Source: Phoronis australis
Lineage: Eukaryota > Animalia > Phoronida
Assembly: GCA_002633005.1 (NCBI GenBank)
Contig: NMRA01000616.1
Coordinates: forward strand, 182,941-246,940
DNA: 64,000 nt
Reading direction: 5' to 3'
Below, one piece after another: positions 15,301 to 27,800 of this stretch (positions are counted from its first letter, which is position 1; each line of letters opens with the position of its first letter). Position numbers and translations under genes: made by a program. The notes beneath the pieces are model-generated. The model was not told the origin of the DNA. It saw nothing but the letters and a program-made list of their open reading frames with translations, and ran no database searches.

Positions 15301-18300
15301 AGAAATTAGTACGTTCATTTCAGAAAATGTCATTTTGGTGACGTCTGGTCTGTTTAATTGTTTAGCAAAAAAGTCTCAGAATGGCGTTGTCAAAAACTCC
15401 TGAGAACCGCTAGAGACGTCAAGGCTTGAATTTGAGGTGGGACAGTGGGATTTATTGAAACTGTCTTTGAATTTTAAATGTTCTCGCCGTCTGACATCTT
15501 GTGACTTGTCATGTCGCTGAAAAGCTTGAGAGCATTTGGAGACCACAATGAATGGTGGCGAACTTGATGTTTGACATATGAGACGTAGAAATTAGTGTGT
15601 CTCTGGCTCTGTTTCCAGAGGTCAAAATGAACCTGGTGGTTGGCAAGAATGTATCATAGTGATTTATTATGACTGAGAGCAAAGTAAAATAGACAATATC
15701 TGATGGAAGGATTTGGGAGTAAAAAGCTCCAAAAAACAAGACAATTATTGCATGGGGTTGGATGGATTTTTGAAATTGCAAGAGAGACTCGGCATAAGAC
15801 AGTGAAGAATGATGTGCATTTGTGCTAGTACAATACAAGAAAGTACCTTTGATTTAGGTGAGTCTAAGCGACGAATATGCGTGCTATCCGTGGGGTTTTA
15901 CGCAATCAAGTGGCTACGAAAAAATGACCATTAAAGAATTGTCTGCTAAGGCCCCAGCGGTAAGTATATAAATGTTCGTATGTCTGACAATTCATCATCG
16001 TTCACTCCTAGATAAAAACTACTAAATCTCATTAAAGGCAGTTCTAACCACCAATTAAATGCTCCTTATTTATTCTACCAGATTTGCCTGAGAATACTAT
16101 ACAGTGTATCATGCCATCAAAAGGTGTTCAGAATGAATAGAAAGCCCTTGGTTCCCATCTCTCCCAGACTCACGTGCTCATTACTTGTTTGCCTTACCCG
16201 GCGAAACAGTGTGAAAAGACTGCCAATTTTAGACCTAGCTACTTGTTTGTACAAAAGTTTTGTAATTTCTCGTGTCTATCTAGCACCGGTGTTTGTCTAA
16301 AATTGGATTCTTATACTTCTCCCCAACTTTAAAGATTGACTGGCTGGACTATTTCAAATTGGCGCTGCCTGGCTACAGTATCAGTGCATATACCGTTATC
16401 GTTGTTATTGCTCCGCCTTACTTCTGTGGAATGAATCGCCTTCTAACAAATACCATGAAAACTGAAGAAGGAATCAAGTAAGTCACAAGAAAATTTTTTT
16501 TGATACTTCCTGGAATACATTTTTAACTGTTTCTTTGTTTTAAAGCGAAAAAGTGTGAATATTTCATTTGTTATGATTAGTTCTCCGGTCAGAGTTGACG
16601 TGTGTACAAACTAAGCAATATTATTTAAATTTAGAAAAACTACGTTACTTAATCTTACATTATATGTTATTTTTTGTGAAGACTGCAATATTCGCCGACT
16701 TTGCACCCACCTTGTGTTTACGCCGCTGCTTTTTGGAATACACTTTTTAAACAGGGTCTGAGTTTTAAAGCAAAAAATTGTAGACAATTCACTGGTAATG
16801 GTTCTTCGGTCAGATTTGATAAGCAAGAAAATATAGTAACACAACCTTACTTACGCTTACTTCGTATGTTATTTTTTGTGAACACTGCAAATTCGCCGAC
16901 TTTGCACCCATTTTGTGTTTACACAGCACAGCTGAACCTTGAAGAAGACAATGGATTAGTACTAAGGACACTAACTTAGCTTAGACAAATCTTAAATTTC
17001 AGGCAGTTTTAAGAAAAAAGGTTAAATGTGTCTTAAGTCTGTTTCAAGAATGATACCTTAAGTTTTAATTAAATTTTGCCTTAACTATGACTAACTTACC
17101 GGGTGTGGAAGTTTCAAAGTTCGGAAATTGAGACAAATCTTAGACTGAAGTCGAAACTGAACTTAAACCAGTTTCTTGGAACGGGGCCAAGACCTTGAAT
17201 AACAGGCAGCGTCGGCAAAGTGATACGTAAAACTAACCTCAAAGAATAAAATATTAAGCAAAGCGCAAACACGGCACCCAAAATCTACTCCTTAATTCTT
17301 CTCGGTGTGCTTACAGACTTTGCCAAGGGAGAATATAATTCCATGTCTGGGCCCCTAAATTACCGTACATCTAGAATACTATACATGTAAAAGCCAGTCT
17401 CAAACCAGTAGACACCAAACCCGCTGTACAATATATCTCAAGTTCGCGCCCCTGAATTCCACGCACGATTAGACAATGGCCCAGACACGGAGAACATAAG
17501 TCGTATCTGGGCGAGTAAATTGATCACTGAGATTGCTATTGTGTCATCGGATATGGAGTATTTTCCGTGTGTGTGTGTGAAGCGGGCGCAGAGTTAGGAA
17601 CACTTTTCGCCCGATTCATGTTTAGTTTGTTCCAGCACAAGCGTGACACTGTGCACTACTTAGGGATCCAACTCAGACTGTTCTGATTAAGTGGAACTCA
17701 TTTTCACGCCATGCTGACGACTTCTGACTATAGAGTGCAAACACGAACACCAAGTATAAAATGATTATTTCAAGTTCAATTAAGTATAAAGAGTTCGAGT
17801 AATTGGCTCCATCCTGACTGGAAAAGGGCACCAACCCCACAACTAATGCTTCACAGGTACAATTGGGTACCAATAAACAAAAAAGCATGCCAAAATAACA
17901 TGATTCACTTTGTTCACGTAATTCACTCGGTCTTTTGTATTCATTAAAGTATCCATCCCACATGAAGCCGCAAAATAACGTGTACAAAACATCTGAAGGT
18001 TCTTTTTTGTCATTTCAGCACGCTTCGTAACTACATGATATGGAAGCTAGTGGAAAGTTTGGTGCCGGCATTGCCGTTGCAGTTCAGAGACGCTGAGAAG
18101 GAACTCACGAATCACATTTATGGCAAGTATGAAATCAAGAGGGTTCTGTAACATACAGCCTCCACCTTATTCTGAATGATCTCTCAGTCAGTCCAACGTG
18201 GTACCAGCAAACAACCAAACATTGATTCCTCGGAGATTTTTTATAGTGAACGCAGTAAATCGACCACCTTCTGTGACTGGGTCTTGGCACTTTTAACAGT

Positions 18301-21300
18301 CTGTTACACGAGGTGTATAAAACCTTACAATAGGAACAGTATACTGGGCGAAAGAAGCAAGAATGCACCTAATCAGCAATTTTTCACCTAAAATTGCCAC
18401 CTACAAGTGCTTACTACGAATTTAGATGCAATGCATTCAGATTGCCTAAACTCACCAGACTACCAATTCAGGTGAAAAGTGTGGTTCGACTAGCCAGCCT
18501 TTTTACAGATGCAAAGTGTCTAAACGATTCTTGAATTTCCTGTTCAACTTCAACTTCCCGTCTGCAAGCAGTGCAAGTTATGAAAAGACACGACTCACAA
18601 AAAGTGGGTCAAGGAGCAAGCAAATAATAATCTTTCATTTAGAACAGACTCAAAATCAATCAACTGCCATGATTTGTTGTCTTTGGATGCAGCACAAAAC
18701 TTAAAATGGCCGTTCAATCCAGCAGGCGCCAATTTTTAACGACACTGGGGCAAAAATTCAATCGTACCACCTTAATGTAATGTTTATATGGCAATAACGG
18801 TGTATTTTAATGGTTTTTATGGAGGTAAAGATCAAAAGGTATAAAAGTTACGCCGATAAAACCTTGCCTACTTTTACCAAATACCAAAATCTGAGTGGTA
18901 CCGATTTGAAATCAAGAGAGTTCTGAGTGACCTCTCAGTCAGTCCAACGTGGTACTAGCAAATCAACCAAATATTTGTTCCTCGGAAAATTTCAATAGCA
19001 AGCTCATCAAGTCGGTCATCTATATCATGCCCATGCAGTTCTTTAACGGAAATGATTAAAATCTATAGTGTACGTTTCAGTATCGTCTGTTGTAGGCAGT
19101 GTCAGAATAGACTTATGCTGATGGTGCGGTACATGTGACGTACAGTCATTGGAAAGTAGAAGATGGTTGTAAAACTCTTGCCACTATAGAATTAATGTCT
19201 TTTCAAATCATGGACAGTGTACTTTATGGCCGAAGAACATACCTTTAAATTTTCAACCTAACAGGTATTCAGGGAGAAGGGTCGCGATGGACATGGTGTA
19301 TCTCTATAACTGATGCCGCCATGGGGTTCCCACTGGCAACTATGTTTGTTAAAGAAGCGTTCTCTAAAGACGATAAGGATAAGGTTGGTTGATGAAGACT
19401 TTGGTCGAACGATGCATCAGGACTAGGTTGCATACAACTTATAACTTATCTACTCAAAACAAGTTTCCGTTGCATGACGTTATGTACACTGTGCAACGTT
19501 ACATTTCAGAATGCGATGTCCGTGTTACTATCCAGTGTACATGTATAACTGATGCGTTTACAGGTTTACTAAAATTAATTAAATTGATAGTGAATGCGGA
19601 GAGTCGAAGCTCATACTGTGCCTTTTAAAACCAAAAACACCAAAAATGTCCTCCACCTTGTCATAGCAAGTGTAAAAAATGTAAGACTCATTCACTCGCG
19701 ATCATGCATGTTATTTTAAGATTTTACAAGAACCACTGTTGGTTTTACTATACTGTTATAGAATAAATGATTTGTGTTAACCGTTTTGTGTTGGAGAGCT
19801 CAGTGACCATTCCCTTCCTAAATGCTTGGAGAAATCATTTTCATTAATTTGTTCTTTTCCTCCGCAGGCGGAGAAAATGATGAACGAAGTGAAAGCGGCA
19901 TTTAAGGAAAATGTTTCAAGACTCTCGTGGTTAAACTGGTTGACACAGGAGGCAATCAAAGATAAGGTGTGTGTCAATGAAGTGAAATATCACAAGTGTA
20001 TCGAGGATGCAACATCTCTTTGTAATTGCTTTAAAGAGATTGAGCATTGCCTCCATAAGCAACACGACTCATTACGCTGACACGTAGTTAATAATTTTAC
20101 TCATGAAATTGAAATGTCTATGGCGACAGTTCTTCGCGGTGACAGAATGTCTTTTTAAAACCGATTTTAGGTGACGATGTACGTATTTAAAACAAGCCTA
20201 AAATGTTTTGGTCTGTTTATACCAATTTCTGTTTACACTGGCATGACGTTTTAGTCGGTTATTCCTTCGACCATCTTCGGGTGTTACAGCGTGCACACGT
20301 ATCTGGTACATTTTTTACAGAGGTCCCCCATGGAAAGCAGTGTAAACTGACGGGGCTACCCTCATTGTAAATATTACACTTATAAATAAATAAATAAATA
20401 AATAAATAAAATTCATGGTGAGAGCTTTACATTCCATTTCCGAGAAACAGTTGCGACGAAGTTGTGACGGTTTCCTTGAAGCTACTAGTTTTTATTGTTT
20501 AGAGTCAGGTCAATCCAAGAGGCGATATCAAATTTAAGCTGTGTGAAAAGTTGCCTTCACTGATTAAGACTTTTTGCCTGATTGATACAAGGAGTCACTC
20601 TTAATTACTTTGCTAGCCATGATAACACCATTGAAAACCGAGTCTGTATTTGAGACCTCCCAATTTGTATCGTACCTAGTGCTTAACACTCCATACTCTA
20701 TCTCGATGTGAAAAATATGTGTTTTCATGGTCATCAAAGCGTGGGCAATTTCTGCCACCTACCGATATCAATGGCAGTTAAACGGAGTCCAGACTGGTAA
20801 CAGCGATGAAATTGGCGTAAAAACACAAAAGAACACCTTGGCATTACAGTGTTTTTAATCTACATCAAATGACAGATCCTTTCCTTACCAAAGACATGTT
20901 TATGTATATTTTTCAGGTAAATAGAGTCATGGATAGAATCGGGTTCCCTGCCTGGATCAACAGTGCTGAAGCTCTTGACGAAAAATACAAGGGGGTAAGA
21001 TAGTGTAATTATCACCCTACAGTGAGTCGTGCAACATTTGAAGAGTTCACAAAAATGTATTTTCTTAGGTTTCAGCTAGATAATATGAAACGCATTCCAT
21101 AAATCTAACTAAAGAAGCACTTTTTATGTCAACTAGTCGCGATTTTTAAAATTTCGTGGAAAAATTAGTCATTTCCATTTTCCCGCCAAATTATGTAATG
21201 GGTGGAGGACATTTGGTCACTTGATAATCAATTGCAATGGCGGAAAACAGCACATCAAAAGACGAGGACGATTTCGAGCGAGAACTGGACAATTATTATA

Positions 21301-24300
21301 CAGACAGGGAGGAGAGAGCAAACGGGCATCGCAGCCAATGAATTTGATTTCTGTATTTAGTGAACTTTCGTCGGCATTGAGGCCGTATAAATTCGACCCA
21401 CTTGCACGCGAAATGCTTCAGTCATATATGAACAGCAACCAACTAAACCGACGGGCGGCCAGTATTTCTCAAGTAGACACTTACAAATCACTGACAAAAG
21501 CCACAGTAAACCTGGGTCTCTCGTGTATTCACTATTGGCATGATGGAATGAGCCCACGGTGTGAACTCAATAAATAAGCCTACGTGTCGTAACACTCGAT
21601 CTGGGCAGGGGTTGAGGGCCTGGCATCAATTGCCCTAAAATGAAGCAGTTTGTTCGGTATCCATAAGATTTGCATATCAAGTCCTTCATCATCCCTGCCG
21701 AAAAAAGTGTGGCTCCCGACTAAATCGCATGTTTCACAAACCGATGCCATTTCTGCGCAACGTTCACGCATTTAGCAAATTTGAACACAGAGGCGTTCTC
21801 AGTTAAGCTGCTGTTACTACAGCCTCCAGAAACGCACATTTCCATGTCTGAAAAAGGTGACTCTTTGTGGATTTTTCTATCACAACTCCTCAGTATCGCA
21901 CTGGTAAAATCATCAACCGCAGAGAGGGTCTTCTATCCATTACGTACAGCCAAAAATTTTTTTTTTTTTTCTTAAATTGCGGCTTGTTTCCAACCAATAG
22001 GTATACAAAAGGTTACTAAATTTCGTATGATGTATTAGTAAAATTCTTTTTGAGACACAGGGTCGTGGTGAGAACTCTTTAAGAGGAAAGATGTAAAGAC
22101 TCGAGACAGATAAGGTGGAGCAATGAAAAGCCGCAGTTGCTTAAACACACGCGATAATTCCTTGTGATATTGTGTATAGTTCTATAGGTTGTTGCATCAA
22201 CGCAAGACTGAGTTCCGAAAGCACTTTTTTCTGTCATTGTGGAGCTCTAAAACAATTGGTTTGAGACACATTCCAACCCCTTCCGTTAACACGGGTACTG
22301 ACTCAGACGTACAAGGAATTATAATTATGATTTATGTGAATTATTACAATGTTTGCTTTCGTATATGGCTTTGCTTTGTTGTACTGAGCATTGTGCTTTT
22401 TGTTGTTTCAGCTGGTGATTTCTGAAGACAACTTTTTTCAGAACTACGTAAATATCCTGAAGTTTATTTCCCAAACACGAGTGAAACGCTTGACAGAATC
22501 AGTAAAGGACCAGTAAGCTCAAATTTCAGGCTAATTTTCAAAGATTCATGTTACAATAAAAGTTTGTGGGTGCGGAAATGTAATGTAAGCAAAAACTTAA
22601 AATTCATTTGCAAGAACGGGTACGCGACATGTTTGTGGCATTTTTGCGAAAGTAGACCATACATTACTCTTACATTTAACATTTTGTCTCAGAATTTTTT
22701 TTTTGGTTCATCGATTTAAGAAATCGAATAAAATGAAGACTGAGGCAGTGTACATACCTTGCTTGGGTGTCAAAAAGCAACTACCTTTCAATGCAACATC
22801 TCACGTTTTTATTGTTTGTTTGAACTGAATTTCCAAATCATCAATTTCCTGGACTTTATACGAGAGCTATATTACTTCAGCAGCAACTACGTTTATTGTT
22901 TTAAATTAGATAAATTTCACGATGAGGAGTAACTTAATGCCGAGTTTAGTCTGAAGTAATAACTAAATTTCAGTTCTTCCCAAGTCTGTATTAAGCCGTG
23001 AGTAAGCTAAATCAAAAACTGTTTTTGACAAAAGGTGCGAGTTAATTGGACTTTGAATTCGACCGGTCTATCGATCTGTAGTGCTGCTCTAGGTCATCGA
23101 TGTACGAGTGCTTTGTCGATCTTTTTAGGACATACCTCTCATAAATCATGCACGTTCATGTAATAAAGGGAATTCAAGTGTCTTCCAACCATTCCGAATG
23201 TAACCTGCTGGAAATTCTTGCGGTGATCTCAATCTCGAGACAGCGTGATGCGCTTATCAATCGCTACCTACCTTATGATTGGCTGCTGTCTAACGTTAGA
23301 TTGAGTCCATCCATTGACTGAGATATTCGATCACTCAACGAAAGTCAAGTAACAGCCAATCACAGGATAGGTATCGCTAGATAAGTGTGTCACGGTAATT
23401 ATGAGATTAAGAACATCGCGCCACTATAGGCAGACTTTCCCCCAGGAATGGATGAAGGACACTTGATTTCCTTATGAGGGTGTGTGCTAAAAAGACCGAG
23501 ATACGCGCCTGTGATCTAAAGCATCCATTAAGCGAATGATAACTGAAAGATAGTTACGAAATAGTATGTGACATGCAAAGTATATCAGAAGCTTTCCAGT
23601 GCTGAAGTCATTGAGGTCATGTTATTGCTCTTTCTTTCAGGTGGGATAAGATGCCACAAGTTGTAGATGCACACTACAAACCGCTCACCAACGAAATATT
23701 TATCATGGCTGGAATACTTCAACCACCCTTTTATGATCGTCAATTTCCTAAGTAATGTAACAACGCCAGCAACAAACTGACACCAACCGTACTTCCGTAG
23801 CCAAAAATCCTTAAAGCCTAACTTTAACGGAATTTTGTTATTTTAGGTGTAGGGGCTAACAAAATGGTCCTAGCAAAGCCTTAGTAAAATAAGAAAATGC
23901 GAGTTCAATCGCGCAAATGTAAGCCCGTCAAATGATAAGTGAAGCTGCTATCTGTGCGATGTTGCGTCACAGCTGTGTTGAACAGGGGTCTAAATAGAAC
24001 ACCATTGAGTACTCAGAGCGATTTTTTTGACAAACTGTAGGAACTAAATTGACAGGTGTTATCGTTCAAGATAGCTTTTAACTTAAAACATAGAACTCTA
24101 GGGCTGGATTGCCAACTCCTGCACATAACCTATACATTCTACTACTAGATCTAGCAACCCGGTGACTAGTGGCCAGAGTAACAGAATTTCCGGCTGCCTG
24201 CTGGACTGAGCGTTGATCGAGGGTTGTAGTTATCAAATCAAGCCTTATTTCGTTGTTTTATTTCATTTTGTTGTTATTCTTCATCAAGCAAGACTCGTAA

Positions 24301-24821
24301 GGTACGGCTCCATTCAATTAGTGATGTCTCGGTAAGTTTAGTCCCCAAACCCAACAATTACACCGGTCATTCCTTATAAGCATTGACCTGTGTACCTGGG
24401 AGGATGCCAAGAGTAGTTTGGCCTCTGATATATTTTTAGCTCCAGTTGTAGAACCACTTTCGACGACCTATCATACCGCATGCTAGGAGCTTTTAACAAG
24501 TCAACTTTGGCTGATAAAAGTATTCTATTACAAAAAATATATTTTGCCTAAATGAAAAGCTCAGGCCTTAAAAACGTGTGTTTAACACGTAACTTTCTAA
24601 AAATTGCTCATAATTGCTCTCTCTCTCTCTCTCTCTNNNNNNNNNNNNNNNNNNNNNNNNNNNNNNNNNNNNNNNNNNNNNNNNNNNNNNNNNNNNNNNN
24701 NNNNNNNNNNNNNNNNNNNNNNNNNNNNNNNNNNNNNNNNNNNNNNNNNNNNNNNNNNNNNNNNNNNNNNNNNNNNNNNNNNNNNNNNNNNNNNNNNNNN
24801 NNNNNNNNNNNNNNNNNNNNN

Positions 24822-24852
<31 letters not shown>

Positions 24853-27800
24853 GTCTATACCCGTAAAATAAAATTAAAAATGAAAAGTTTTCCTTGTAAA
24901 AGAACCCAATCCAATACTTCGTGTTTTTGACAGCATAGAGTATTTGCCAATGACCCCCCTCTTAGCGGACTGTCCCACGTTTTGGATTTTTTTAGCATCT
25001 CGCCACACCATCTGAAGGTTTTCGACACACGTCCAAACTAACCTATCATCAGTTACCATGATAATTTCTAATAGCCACATTTCCCGCTCGACTAAAAACA
25101 AAAATAGTACGTTTCATTGGTTTTTGCAGCACCTGCAATTTCCGTTGTTGGGCATTTTTGGGTATTACATCTCCCGTTCGGCAAAAAACGTTGTCGCTCC
25201 GTCTCTGTGTGTTGCAGCGAACATTTTATCCTTAAGTTTTTGCTTAGACTAAGGTCTCACGCTTTTTATCTTTTGGTCCCGCGTTTCAATCCAGTTGTTC
25301 CTTTTCTTTCCTTATTGAATGTCGACTGTCACAACTATATAATAGGTGCTCAAAATAACAGTGTCTCATTTTACAAATATTGTTATCTTCCAAAGTCCAC
25401 TTTCTGTAGTAACTTAACAATCGTAAAACTGTGTTCCAATATCTGTTGTTTATTATAACATGCATCTGTACACTATCAGGATCACTAACTTTTTCTTTCC
25501 GTCAGAAAATAGTTTATTTCTTAATTTTTACTGAAAGTCCTACACTGCTATCCACAGTACATTTCACACTCACGTGATCGATATTTGCCCATTTATATTC
25601 ATTAGAAAACCTATATCTTCCGCGAATTTCCGATAGAGTAGTTTATCGCATTTTTTTAAATGTCAATGCATTCTGTTTTTCACTGAAGAATGTAATTGTA
25701 TCAAACGGCACCAAAGGTCCAATTAATTATATCGTGTAAATATGTATCATTTTGGATGAATACCTGACTAAATTACTAACAGCAAGTGTGAGGGATCCAT
25801 ATTCTAAACTATTTGTCTTTACTGGGTAGACATTTTTTGAATCATTGAAATTATTTCTTTATGGGCTTAACTAGTCATTTATATAACTTCTCTCGCCTTG
25901 TTCATTTAATTTTATGTTGCATTACACGCTGTTATTTTTCGCACTTGAATATGCAAAATGACAATTATCTGTGAATTAAAATATTTATCATTTGCTTCTA
26001 ATATAATCACCAAGAACTGCCGAAGCGCTTTCTAATAGTATGGTTCTTTCTTATTGCGTCCTGTTGAAAAACAGGTAATGGTGAAAAGTTTTAATGGCAG
26101 TAAATTTCATATCAAGTACACACACCGGAACAGTCGAGTACAGCCAAATTTCACGCTGTTACTCAGCGGCTGCAAGATCAGAGATGGCATTCCAGGGGTA
26201 AATTTCTACAATTGAAACTAAGATAAGTTAAAAACATTGTCTGTAAGTTGCACTCCTGATATGGGGCGACTCTTAATTGTCTTCTGACAAGCCTAAAACC
26301 AAAACAAAAGAAACTTTGCCATTCCTTGTATTCGCGTCCCAACGTGGCAGGCACGCTACTTTGTGCCGGGATATGCACCCTTGTTCTTACTTTTCGAAGG
26401 CACGATAGGGCCTACTTAGGACCTCGATTAGATAAATTTCAAATAATTTACTGACAGTTAGTTAGTAGGGGCATAAATACATTGTTGACCTTTATTCAAT
26501 ATGGGGAAGATCATGTGAGTTAAGGCACAAATTCGATCAGTCAAAAATATTTCATGACAAACCACATTCGATGTCTCAATAAAAATTAGATCTTGATTTT
26601 TAAAAGGATACTGGGTAGTGTTTTGGTGATTTTAACTAATTTTGGTTCTGTCATCTGCTAATGCATCATTGGCGTCCCAAGGGAATGTTAAAAACATGTT
26701 TCATTCCCGTTTACATGTACGTCACAGATTGGATATTGTGGCTCTAGATGAGTGATTTTCCCTAAAGTTGCCATGGTAACTCGCCTAAAGTATAGATCAC
26801 ACTTGCCTGCTTATTAGACTTTGTATAGAAGTTTTCAAAATTTGTCCCAAAACGTCAAGGTTAGTTGAAGGTTGCAGAGCACCATTTTTTTGCTTAGAAT
26901 TTGATGTATATCTTTTAATAGGCCTGAACCGGGGTTGAGATCCTTTTAACTTCGATATTGCTTGTGTAGTCACGTATACAATAGTGTCTTTTCTCCTTAT
27001 TTATGCGGTCGTCATGAATTTCAGATCCCTGAATTTTGGAGCTCTCGGTACAGTACTTGGGCACGAATTGACGCACGGGTTTGACAGTCGAGGTAACTCA
27101 TTGGTGAAGGGGTGCTGCAGACAAGACGCTTTCGTCATTTTCTCAAATTCTCACAACAGAAGAGAGGAGTGGCAAGTGTGGCAAACCGAAATTTAACAAT
27201 TTCTACACAATGTAGAGAGTGTGGAACAGTCTAACGATCTTTATAAATCGACCCTACTAGTCCAGGTTAGGTAGACCCAAGCTCACTTGCAACGAATCAT
27301 CGTCGCTTATGGAGCAGAAACAATGAATTCCGTATCATAATACTGTATTCCAATGTAATTGATCAATCACTTATGTGCTCGCCATCGATGTTTTGAAGTA
27401 TACGCTAGAAAGCTTCCGAGCATATTGCCAAACACTAGCACTTCACTCGCGTGATTTTGAGAGATTTCAGTTTTCTTGAACGTCTACTGAGTTCACCACC
27501 GTCTTAAACTGGAGACTCATCCTGTGCATTTTCTAGCCTTTGATAGCCACCAATATCTTGTCACGGTATACCATAAACATAAAACTGCAATATCTTATCA
27601 TTGGTTTGTGACTATTCCTCAAATTGTCAAAGGAGGTTATGACTTATTGAATTTGAAAACATCGATAAGCTAAGAATCTGTCGCAGCACTTTTCTGTTCA
27701 GTATCGATTTTTAATTACGAAATAGCTACTCAACACTACCACTCGAACTGTTCCTAAGAGTTTTGTTTCCAGCCCTTTCTTTATTCGACCATCTGATTAT

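Noticed and set aside
24552-24930. ORFs crossing N runs (also 46668-47633)
   Set aside because: They are artefacts of assembly gaps.
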